Source of the DNA: Nemertoderma westbladi
Lineage: Eukaryota; Animalia; Xenacoelomorpha
Reading direction: 5' to 3'
Assembly: GCA_032718475.1 (NCBI GenBank)
Contig: JAUCBJ010001185.1
Coordinates: forward strand, 10,315 to 74,314
DNA: 64,000 nt
The position numbers and the translations under genes are program-made. Position 1 is the first letter of the stretch. Each line of letters starts with the position of its first letter. Shown here piece after piece: positions 25,609 to 36,051 of this stretch. Under the pieces are notes generated by a model. That model saw only the letters and a list, made by a program, of their open reading frames with translations, made no database searches and had not been told where the DNA came from.

Positions 25609-26358
25609 TTAATGTCTCGCATTAACTGTACGACTGTTACTGTTCATAATCCTAGGTCGATATACAACAGTTGCTGGAGATATAACTTTTCCATTCCCTA
25701 CTCTGATTTTCTGTCCATTTTCATTGTCATTCTCCTCTGATGCTTCCTCACTGTCATCGCTACTCTCCTCTGATTCTTCCTCACTGTCATCGCTACTCTC
25801 CTCCGATTCATCCCCATCACTCTCATTTCCATCATTATCACTCTCCTTATGCGAATGTTTCTGCATTTCATTCAATTGTCTAATTATTTTCTGCAATTTA
25901 TTTTTATTTCCTAATACATGTCTTAATATCTCCTCATTATCTGAGTCATTATCCTCACCACTTTCATGTTCCTCGACTTCTTTCTCGCTCTCATTTTCTT
26001 CACCACCACTCTCATTTTCTTCTTTCTCTATCTCACTCTCCGTTTCATCATTCTCACTTTCCTCTGATTTATTCTCTTCCTCACTCTCATCGTCCTTTTC
26101 ACTATGTGGCTGTTTCTGTATATTCTTCAAAATATTCATGATTTTCTCGAATTTATGTTTCATCATTTGTTTAATCTCTAGAAAATCACTCTCAACTCTC
26201 TTTTTGTTTTCTTCTTCACTAAAAATATCATCATTATTTTTTAATTTCTTTGGTAATGGTTCCATTACACCTTCCTTTCTATGTATACTCATATGACGGG
26301 ATATACTGTCTCGTCTCATTTCTTTATTACAAACCAAACATCTTTCATAGCTAGGCAT
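25609..26358 (-). CDS. Element-borne ORF: N-terminal C2H2-like zinc finger, coiled segments, acidic Glu/Ser/Asp tracts
   Basis: 249-aa ATG-initiated intact ORF in AT-rich DNA; CLVC-x11-HMSIH; PLPKKLK NLS-like motif; TATAAAA on the minus strand at about 26500. Confidence 0.65.
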   Translation of the reverse strand: MPSYERCLVCNKEMRRDSISRHMSIHRKEGVMEPLPKKLKNNDDIFSEEENKKRVESDFLEIKQMMKHKFEKIMNILKNIQKQPHSEKDDESEEENKSEESENDETESEIEKEENESGGEENESEKEVEEHESGEDNDSDNEEILRHVLGNKNKLQKIIRQLNEMQKHSHKESDNDGNESDGDESEESSDDSEEESEESSDDSEEASEENDNENGQKIRVGNGKVISPATVVYRPRIMNSNSRTVNARH

Positions 26359-26607
26359 TATATAGCAATGTCAATTGATATTATGAATTTTCGCTGAATG
26401 ATTTTACAAAATTTTAAATAAATAAAACTTTTATGAAAATAAATAAAACTTTTAAAAATAAAAATTAGAGAATGAATGAGAATGCGGTGAATGGGGGCTT
26501 TTATAGAGGGAGGCTAGAATGGAGTTGTGAAAAAAGAATAATCTATTGTAAACCAGATGTTTCTTGAATTTTTCTCAGGCGTATTTAACAATAAAGTGGG
26601 TGAAGGT

Positions 26608-27040
26608 GAGGCTGTGGTTGTGGCTGTGGCTGTGGCTGTGGTTGTGGCTGTGGCTGTGGCTGTGGTTGTGGCTGTGGCTGTGGCTGTGGTTGTGGCTGTG
26701 GCTGTGGTTGTGGCTGTGGCTGTGGTTGTGGCTGTGGCTGTGGTTGTGGCTGTGGCTGTGGCTGTGGTTGTGGCTGTGGCTGTGGTTGTGGCTGTGGCTG
26801 TGGCTTGTGGCTGTGGTTGTGGCTGTGGCTGTGGCTGTGGCTGTGGTTGTGGCTGTGGCTGTGGCTGTGGTTGTGGCTGTGGCTGTGGCTGTGGCTGTGG
26901 TTGTGGCTGTGGTGTGGCTGTGGCTGTGGCTGTGGTTGTGGCTGTGGTTGTGGCTGTGGCTGTGGTTGTGGCTGTGGTTGTGGCTGTGGCTGTGGCTGTG
27001 GTCTGTGGCTGTGGTTGTGGCTGTGGTTGTGGCTGTGGCT
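26608..27040. repeat. (GGCTGT/GGTTGT)n hexamer microsatellite
   Basis: Inverted counterpart of 25080-25290, about twice as long. Confidence 0.95.
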
Positions 27041-27113
27041 TGTGGGGAGTGCCTCAGGTCTTAAATCAGAGTCTTACAAATTCGAACGTTAACGAACAAA
27101 TTCAAACGTTACT

Positions 27114-27197
27114 GTTCCACCTTGGTGTAGTGGTTGCTTTGAATTCACATCTCCAATAGGTCGTGGGTTCAATCCTCACATGGACCAGGGCAGTTTT
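27114..27197 (+). ncRNA. tRNA-like Pol III cassette in right TIR
   Basis: A box TGGTGTAGTGG, T-arm GTGGG-TTCAATC-CTCAC (B box), partial acceptor stem GTTCCAC/ATGGACC, TTTT terminator. D and anticodon arms are non-canonical. Confidence 0.55.
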
Positions 27198-28422
27198 CGT
27201 TCGATCAGCAATAGGCCTAACTATACAAAATGTAGTATTATTGCCTAGTAACCAATTCATAGCTACCGTATGGTTTTTACTTTGAGACATTTCACCCTCT
27301 AGCAGCAGACTCGGATCTTCAGACTACTCTGTGACTCCGCAAAAAGATATAGCCTATATTGTAATAGATATCGACTGGGGGGTCAAAATTAAGTAATAAT
27401 ATATCTAAAAAAGTCTCAAACATCTTACCTCATGGCTCGCCCCTCAGAAATCTTAAGCAATATAGCTTCATATTTTTTAAGGAAAACTGGTAAACGAGAT
27501 TTGTTACTTACGCATACCTCGCAGACTTAAGTAATTAATTATACAGTAGGTTAGATCGTTTTGAGAGTAGGACCATTGGAAACAGCGCCTTCGAAAACCT
27601 CAGTACAAATAAAATTAATAAGATTAACAGGATATAGCTTGTTATAATAAAACTTAAATTATAATACAGTAGAACAATTAGGGTTGTAAATAAAAACAAA
27701 TTCAATAAATTGAAGATAAACTGTATATAACTTATGTATTAAAAGAGGGCCTTATTTAATTATGTGCGATCAGGCGCGCAGGTTTAAATTAACATATGCG
27801 CTCGCATATGCGGTAATTAATGGTTGTAGTTGGCCTATGTGCGATTGAGGTGATGCTGGCGCGTAAGATGCAAACCGAAGGTTTCCAATCTTACATGATA
27901 ACGAAGCTGGAGGCTATCAAGGCAACATTCCAACGGCAGCCCCACCCACGCGTTGACATACAGTATAACTCAAGGTGGGATTAGTCATACCACATCTAAT
28001 AAGAGCCCAACGGCCGCAGATTATTGAGGGATGACTCAGGGCCAAACTGGCCCACTTTATTTTCTTGATGAGGGTAATTTATGTTTTGGGCCCCGCTCGC
28101 ATGTTTATATTTAATTCTACCTTTACCTACTGTATGGCAAAAATAATACAAATGTATTGTATATTGTATTGTACAGTGCCTATTGTGTTGTATATTTCGT
28201 TTGCTGTAGTACAATTTATTCATCTCGCGTCCCTATCTGATTGATTTGTATCAAATTAAATTGCCTTTGGCAACATTATTTGATACAAATCGATTGATTA
28301 AACAATTAATTAATTGTTTAATCGACCAATTAATTAATTGTTTAATTAATTAATGACCTACTTAACACCCAAGGTGCGAAGTTGGACTAAACTGTCGCAG
28401 AGAGTGGCATACTATTACTACT

Positions 28423-28896
28423 TACTTGGCAGGATTTCCTCGACTTCTGGAGCCAGGAGGAGGATTTCCATCACTCCATCATCATTATGATGATCTAAGG
28501 ACATGCGTAGAACATAGTCAATCACAATTATGAATAATAATGGTGCAAGTGTGTCTCCTTGGAGGACGCCCCATAACACTTCAAATGGTTCTGTGTCACC
28601 ATCAACAGTAGACACAAATGTTGTCGAACCATCGTATGGTGATATGATTGCTGCAATAATTTAATCAGGAATCCCATATAATGAAAGTATGCTGAACATA
28701 CGTGAGCGAGAGACTGAATCAAAGGCCTTGAAGAAGTCAACAAAGATAATAGCCAGATGCCTGTCTTTCTTTTTTGATAACTCTTCAATTATCCTTCTAA
28801 GTGCCAAAATGGGCTCCATGGTCCCACGACCTTTACGGAACCCATTCTGATTTCCACGGAGCAGTCTCTCAATGGGCTGATCCCTTATGCGATTTA
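28423..28896 (-). mobile_element. RTE-clade LINE (family A), upstream continuation of 22826-23701
   Basis: GVLQGDTLAP RT motif; collinear with about 32433-32903; frameshifted. Confidence 0.92.
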
Positions 28897-31075
28897 CTAC
28901 TACGACTAGGTCGAGCGAACTCGGACAGTGGAAATGAGATCCTTCCAGGCTTCCCGATTCTCCATAGTTGTCGCAATTTCGTTTCTCCCAAGATCAGTAT
29001 CCCTTTCAAGTTGATCTATATATGTTATGGCCGGCCGTCCACGACTACGCTTTCCATGAGTTGGTTGCCAGAAAAGTAGATCTGGTATGACCCCGTCTTT
29101 ACTTCGCCAGCAGTGCCCACTGAATCTTCATCTGCGTTCACGGAGGGTGGTTGATACAGGTGGTATTGTACCATAAAGCTCAGCGTTTGTCATGTGTTGT
29201 CTCCAGCTGATGTTTAGGGCTGCCCTTAGTAGTCTTGTGTACCAACCATGAATTCGTTGTTCAAGTGATTTAGTCAGTGTCCAGGTCTCACCCCTGTATA
29301 AAAATACACTTTCCACTGTGGCTCGAAAGAACTTAGTCTTCATGTGCCTGGAGAGATCTGATTTCCAGATGGTATCCATTTTTGATAGAGCTACCCAAGC
29401 CTTTGCTTTCCTAACTTCTATGTCCTTTTTGCTACTCTCTATCCATGATCCTAGGTACTGGAAGTCGTCAACCTTCCTTAGTTGATTATTATCAATGGTT
29501 GTCAAGTTTCCATCAACATTAAAAGTCATGAATTCGGTCTTGGTAGCATTTATATCCAACCTCCTTAGCAACCCTCTCCACTTTATTCAGTAGAAGCTGT
29601 GCATCTGCTAGCGTATTAGAGAGCAGGGCGATGTCATCCGCAAAGTCGGTGTCTGTGATTGTAGTTGCCGGATATCTACTACTTCTGCGTTCTTGAAGTG
29701 TGAATCCCAGATCTTCACCCTTTGTGGCCGTCATCATTGCGTAATCCAGTACAATTACAAATAGTAATGGTGCTAATGTCTCACCTTGCAGTACACCAGG
29801 ATTGAGATTGCAGGATTGAGAAAAACTCAGTTTCACCATCTGGTGAGAGTACCTGCGCTTCTGTGTCACAATATAACAATCCAATGCCAGCAACGATTAC
29901 TTCTGGTATTCCATAAGCTCTTAGGATTTCAAGCATTTTACCTCTATGGATGGAGTCGAATGCCTTCTTGAAGTCCACAAAAGTCATGACTGCGGGGAGA
30001 TTCTTTGACTTTTCCTTCAATCAGTCTCCGTAATGCAAGTATCTGAGCTAATGTTGATCTACTTGGTCGAAATCCGTTTTGGCTCTTACGCAGTAGTTTC
30101 TCTATGTGAGGCCTAATCCTATATACACCATGTCCCGTAATATAGTGTCATTTTCTGATGACACGGACCCCCCCCCCCCCCCCAGATTTTTCTACAAATC
30201 TTTATCATATTGCTTGAAATTTGAAACACAACTAGTTATGTTTCAAATTTCAAGCATTATGATAAAGATTTGTAGAAAAATCTGGGGGGGGGGGGGGGGG
30301 GGGTCCGTGTCATTAGAAAATGACACTCTATTACGGGACATGGTGTAGAATCATTTTATTGTATATTTTGGCAGCTACCACAAGCAGACAGATCCCACGA
30401 TAGTTTGTTGGTATGCCGAGGTCTCCTTTCTTGGGGATAGGCTTTAGTTGACCTTTAGTCCATATTGGTAGTGGCTTTTCCCCTTTTAACATCCGGTTGC
30501 AAACCGGATGTTATTTTCCATACCTCCGCTGGGATTTCATCTAATCCACTCGCTATATTATTGGACATGCATTTAATGCTTCTTTGGAGTTCGGCAGGTG
30601 TGAAGTCCCCTGTTTCTATAGGTAGTGTCTTGTCATGTATTTTCCTTGTAGGGCTGACCTCGATGCTTGGTGGCTGCCCAAGCAAGTTGCTGAAGTGATT
30701 TTTCCACTTCCCAACACGTTCTTCGGGACTATCGGCTTTGAGGCGCCCCTTTGCACAACTTTTCCGACCAGATACCTCATTTACAGTTTGCCAGGTAAGT
30801 CTTGATTGTTGCTGTATTCCTGTATGTGAGCAGTTGTGTAATTGCTTCAATTTTATCCTGTATGTACTTTTCCTGGCTGATGTTGTAGGCCAATTTAAGA
30901 TCGTCCTTAGCTTTCTCAACCTTGTTAATGTTTTCGGTTGTTCGGTTTTTATTTGTGGGCTATCTTAAGATCATCTCTCTTACAAGTAACCTCAGAGTTT
31001 TGCCACGGCACATACTGTTTTCGTTTGGGTTTCTGGGGGATATGCCTCTTAGCTGATTCCTTGTAGGCTTGGTAT
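28895..31075 (-). mobile_element. Second RTE-like LINE (family B), degenerate and 5'-truncated
   Basis: Frameshifted RT motifs FVDFKKAFDS, GVLQGETLAP, DFADD, FQYLGS, ASGLDEIPAEVWK; degenerate (TAG)n tail at about 28895-28908. Confidence 0.9.
30126..30345. mobile_element. 220-bp palindromic MITE with TA target duplication (Tc1/mariner-type) inside LINE B
   Basis: TA|CACCATGTCCCGTAAT...ATTACGGGACATGGTG|TA; nearly the whole element is self-complementary, including poly-C/poly-G arms. Confidence 0.9.
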
Positions 31076-31114
31076 ATTGAATCGGTGGACTGGTCTTCAT
31101 AGGGTATATCTTTT

Positions 31115-31300
31115 CGACCTACGCGTAGTTTGTTACTTCCATTCCTGTCATTTACCGGTAGGGCCAGACTTACTGCCTTTTTAACAACTACGCGTAGGTG
31201 TTTTAAAACTACGCGTAGTTATTTTGGAACTACGCGTAGGTATTTTCAAACTACGCGTAGGTGGTACGCGTAGCTACGCGTAGGTGCTACGCGTAGCAGT
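31115..31300. repeat. Cluster of eight TACGCGTA palindromes (seven as CTACGCGTAG)
   Basis: Copies at about 31119, 31188, 31209, 31230, 31251, then three close-packed copies to about 31297. Confidence 0.9.
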
Positions 31301-31540
31301 CCTGATAACAATGATTTTTCATTTCAGGTCCGGTAGGGTTGAGTTGTCAGGCAAGTATCGGTATATGTCAGGTATCTGATTATCAGACAAATGGAATAAC
31401 AGAATCGGAAGCTCATATCTATACATACATACAGCACTGGTAATAAATAATATTCGGCTCTTTCACATACAAAGGTGTAATATTATGGTTGTTTTTCAGA
31501 AGTGGAAAAAATGAGAAAGTGCGTCACCGGGGGTTGAACC

Positions 31541-31586
31541 AGCGCTATACGTACGTTTCGGCCTAACAGGCCTCATCAGTAGCTCT
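31541..31586 (-). ncRNA. Minimal type-I hammerhead ribozyme, intact core, inside a tRNA-like scaffold (about 31506-31595)
   Basis: Minus strand: AGAGCUA-CUGAUGA-GGCC(UGUUA)GGCC-GAAA-C-GUAC-GUA-UAGCGCU. All core nucleotides present; GUA cleavage triplet. Confidence 0.88.
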
Positions 31587-31590
31587 AACC

Positions 31591-33135
31591 ACTACTACTA
31601 CTACTAGGATCGGCATGCTGCATTGCAGCTGCATTTTTAAGAATGCTGTGCCGGCTTGTCAACAAAATTGCACCGCCACAACTCCCTATCACCCATGACA
31701 TTTGCTAGATCATCCGCATCTTTAAGGCCAGTGTCCTTTAAGATGCGTCTCAAGAAAGTCATGGGCTGTCCACCATGCTTATTCACTCCATGGGGCTGCC
31801 AAAGTACAAGATTATGCACTGGCTGGTCCTCACGGCGAAAGCAATGTCCTGCAAAGCGGAGGCGATTTTGTTCTAGTGTCAAGCTTGGGGGAACCAATGA
31901 GACACCTCCAATGTTATATAGTGTCTGGTTGGAGATGTGTGCATTGTACTTGACACAATGAACCCGGCGTAGCATTCTTGTGAATGTGCCATCCAGAGAT
32001 GTGGTGTCCTCAGCAGTTAGAGCCCAGCATGGACTCCCGTAGAGGAGTACTGGAACTACTGCTGCTCTAAATAATCGGACCTTAAGTTTCCGATTAATTC
32101 TCGGTGACTTCCAAATCCTGGAAAGCCTATTCAAGGCTGCCCATGCCTTTCCCTTACGTATTCGAAGGTCCTCACCTGACTTCCGGATCCATGATCCCAG
32201 GTAACAGAAGTCGTCCACATGCTCAAGCATACCATCCTTTGAGCTTATGCTCATCCGATCAGAGACTTGCTGAGGACTTTCAAAGTTAACTGTCAGAATT
32301 TTGGTCTTTCTGGAGTTAATAAAAAGACCAACACTAGAAGCAGCATGTTCTAATGAGCTGAGGAGCCGTTGGGCTCCCTCTAATGATTCTGAGAGTACTC
32401 CTAAGTCATCAGCAAAGTCTAGATCAGTTAGGTACTTGGCAGGATTTCCTCGACTTCTGGAGCCAGTAGGTGGAGTTATCATCACCCCATCATCATTATA
32501 ATGATCTAAGGACATGCGTAGAACATAGTCAACCACAATAATGAACAAGAATGGTGCAAGTGTGTCTCCTTGGAGGACGCCCCATAACACTTCAAATGGT
32601 TCTGTGTCACCGTCAACAGTAGACACAAATGTTGTCGAACCATCGTATACTGATCTGATTGCTGCAATAATTTCATCAGGAATCCCATATAATGAAAGTA
32701 TGCTGAACATACGTGAGCGAGAGACTGAATCAAAGGCCTTGAAGAAGTCAACAAAGATAACAGCCAGATGCCTGTCTTTCTTTTTTGATAACTCTTCAAT
32801 TATCCTTCTAAGTGCCAAAATGGGCTCCATGGTCCCACGACCTTTACGGAACCCATTCTGATTTCCACGGAGCAGTCTCTCAATGGGATCCCTGATGCGA
32901 TTTAATAGAATCCTATTGTATAGCTTTGCAGCAATCGAGATCAATGAGATTCCCCGAAAAGAACCATAGAGTGTTAGGTTGCCCTTCTTGGGAACTGGCA
33001 CCAACTTATTTGTTTTCATTTCTTGTGAGACTCTTGTCGTTCTGTACATGTCTACTATGATGGGATAAATGAGCTCCAAACACTCAGGTATTTTAAAGAC
33101 CTCAGGGGGGACACCATCAACTCTACTGGCACGCG
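31591..33135 (-). mobile_element. RTE-clade LINE (family A), 5'-truncated, uninterrupted RT ORF (31637-33169)
   Basis: 510-aa ORF with PVPKKG, FRGISL, NQNGFR, FVDFFKAFDS, GVLQGDTLAP, DFADD, YLGS; (TAG)5 tail; no endonuclease domain. Confidence 0.95.
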
Positions 33136-33174
33136 GCAGCCTGGACTTCAGCACAGGAGATATCGCCATTTGGA

Positions 33175-33390
33175 ATATCTGGGAGTATAGTTATAGACTC
33201 AGACATTTTTACTTCTATAAAGGAGACAACACATTACAAATGCCGAGCTTTATGGCACAATACCACCTGTATCAACCACCCTCCGTGAACGCAGATTAAG
33301 ATTCAGTGGGCATTGCTGGAGAAGTAAAGACTAGGTCATACAGTACCAACCAGATCTACTTTTCTGGCAACCAACACACTTTCTCCAACA
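33175..33390 (+). mobile_element. Fragment of LINE family B, opposite orientation
   Basis: GAGCTTTATGGCACAATACCACCTGTATCAACCACCCTCCGTGAACGCAGA matches the reverse complement of about 29130-29185. Confidence 0.8.
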
Positions 33391-33838
33391 GGTTGTGGAA
33401 TTTGCCTTAAAAACGGTTTTTAATTTTTTTTTTATTATTTTAATAATAAAACATTATTATCAGTATTTTTTCTTATTTCATCTTGAACAGATTTTTATCA
33501 TGATTCCTAATTTGAAAACCGTTTAGTAATATCTGTCTCACTTCTCGAGATATTTCTGTCTGTTCGTTTGAATGTCGGTCTGCCCGTCAGAATGTCTCCA
33601 AAACAATAGAAAGCATACTAGGCGTATCTGTCTCAAAAATTTCTGTTTTCTTGGTCCGCGACTTCATTTCTGATGCCAGTAATCAAATTTGGCCTCGTCG
33701 TTTCTGTCCGTATGCCTGTCAGTCTGTCCGGCAAAATATAACCGACAGCCTGAACGGCAAACAGACAATTTAATTTGGAAGTCATCAAATCTGAAAAAAA
33801 CTGAAACTCGAATTGATTTCTGCGATCAGGAAAACACA

Positions 33839-34914
33839 CGGCAGCTCCAAACCAAAACCCAGTAAGTACATTTTTTGACTTTTCGAGATAATCGCGTTTA
33901 AAGTTTTTGGACTTTAAACAGCTGGCATTTGGTTAAAATTTAATTTGATGAGTTATAATTTTGTGTCAGTTTGGGCCTACCTTTACAAATTGTGCATATA
34001 TATTAGTGCCAAAACTTTTTTTTTAAATTTATTCTTTACTTTTCATATAAATCGACTTACACGGTTTTGGTATGGTAGAAAAGAAAACAATTGTGATTTT
34101 TGATGCATCAATACCCAGTAACGTCATGATTCCCATTTCAAAATATAGTAACTAATTTGCCCACACCAAAACCCAGTAAACTAACATTTAACTTTTCCAA
34201 TCAGTTACCTTTCCCATGCCAAAACCAATTAACTGACAAGTCCCTTCGCCAAAACCCAGTAACTCTGACTTCCTTCGCCAACGGGTAGCGAAAACAAAGA
34301 GGCAACATTCTAGAATATAATATTCTTGAACATTTAATTATTTGTCTACGTCTGTTGCGTTGCCGGAGTTACTGGGTTTTGGTCTGGCATAGTATCTGCA
34401 TTCGGGAAATTCCACGTCAAAACCCAGTATCTCAAACTGCTGGAAACCCAGTAACTCTGTTTACTGGGTTTTGACGTGGTAAATCTGAAATTGACAATAT
34501 ACATACTGGGTTTTGACTTAGACAATTTGTCTTTCGGAAATGATACTCAATTTTGTTCAGAAAATACCATGTGAAAACTCAGTAAAGAATTTTGCTCGAA
34601 ACCCAGTAAGTGCAGTTACTGGGTTTTGGCGTAGGATCTTGGGATTTTTGAGCACATACTGGGTTTTGATGGAGTAACTTTTTCAAAATAACACCAGAAA
34701 GGATAAACAAAACCCAGTAACTAGCATTACTGTGTTTCGACGTGGTATTTGCTCTAAATTAGCTAATTAGTTAATTAATTAATTGTTAATACTGCGAAAT
34801 CAGTTAGTGCTATGGTTTCGAAACTGAGTCAGATGAATTCTACGCCCCCAAAAAAATCGAAAAAAATCGATTTCGAAAAAAATTGACATACTGGGTTTTG
34901 GTTTGGAGCTGCCG
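33839..34914. mobile_element. Non-autonomous TIR element with many AAACCCAGTA internal repeats
   Basis: TIR CGGCAGCTCCAAACCAAAACCCAGTA at both ends; CACA on both flanks (candidate 4-bp TSD); motif repeated more than 10 times in both orientations. Confidence 0.85.
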
Positions 34915-36051
34915 CACATACAGCTAAACTTTTAGCTAGATGGTGTGCCCTTTTCTTATATTTAACGACAGATTGTCGGATAGTCAGAAAGACCGACAGA
35001 CAGACAAACAGACTAATTAAACTATATTTCATTAAAAGTGAAAACTGACCTCAGGAATAAAATCAACGATCAGAAAAATCCCCTGAGCAAAAATCTTAGC
35101 ATGTCTTTGTGCTTTCTTGTTGCTAGATATTATATTGACAGACATTCTTACATATTAACAGACAGTTTTTGCGCGGGAAGGTTTAAACTTAACAATTATC
35201 ACGGAATGACATTTTTTCATTTTGAAATCACTACTCATCCGCCATTTTTCAATGAAAGCTAGTAAGTCTGCGCATGCGCAATAATAAAATTCGTGCAGTT
35301 TTTTAGTTTTACAATTACTTGTTAATCTGTTATATAACACCTTTTACGAAAAAAAAAATGCTTTTTGTAAATTATTTTGAAAAATAGCGGGTGTTTTATT
35401 GAGAAGTACGAAACAAAAATTATGCTCTAATTTCTCCACGTAATCGTGCTGATTAAAAAAACAGATAACAACTTCTGAAAATAATGCATAAATTTCAAAG
35501 GAGTAGCATTTTAAATCAAACATATAAATTTTGGCTCTGGCCGCAAGGGGCGTCAAAAATGAAATTTTTATTTATTTAATTAAATATTGCAATTCAATAT
35601 AGTCCAGTCCACCCAAAATGTATCTTACACTGTATTTCTACTGTAAATTGATGAAAATTTGCTCTTTAGCAGTATGCATTTCAAAATGGTGATATCCAAG
35701 CCAGTACACCCCCCCCCCCCCCCCCCTAAAATAATGCTGACTCTAATAGACTAATACACATAGTTGTGTAGCGCCTCTGGAAATCGCGGAAAATTTGCAA
35801 TTTTAATAATGTCATTTTTCGAAATTTCGAAGAAAATAGTCTAAATTCGAAATATGGCAAATGCGATATATTATTGATGTGACATGATCAACTTTAAGTA
35901 CCGGTATCCTTGGAACTGCGCTTAACGTTACGCAAATGTAACGTTAATGCTGTATGACTGAAATATGGTTAGTATTCACAAAATACTAAAAAACCTTCAG
36001 AAATACAATAGTAAATCAGAAATTTTAACACCCTTTTTTTGTAACTCAGGG

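Larger units (their letters stand above)
23702..28422. mobile_element. Non-autonomous Polinton/Maverick-like element (4721 bp, about 1.4-kb TIRs, 6-bp TSD)
   Basis: Termini AGTAGTAATAGTATGCC...GGCATACTATTACTACT. TSD TACTTG at 23696-23701 and 28423-28428, confirmed by the empty site GGTACTTGGCAGG in the sister LINE at about 32431. TIRs about 23702-25080 and 27040-28422. Confidence 0.8.

Noticed and set aside
24963-27159. Poly-VA, poly-WL and poly-CG ORFs
   Set aside because: Translations of hexamer microsatellites.
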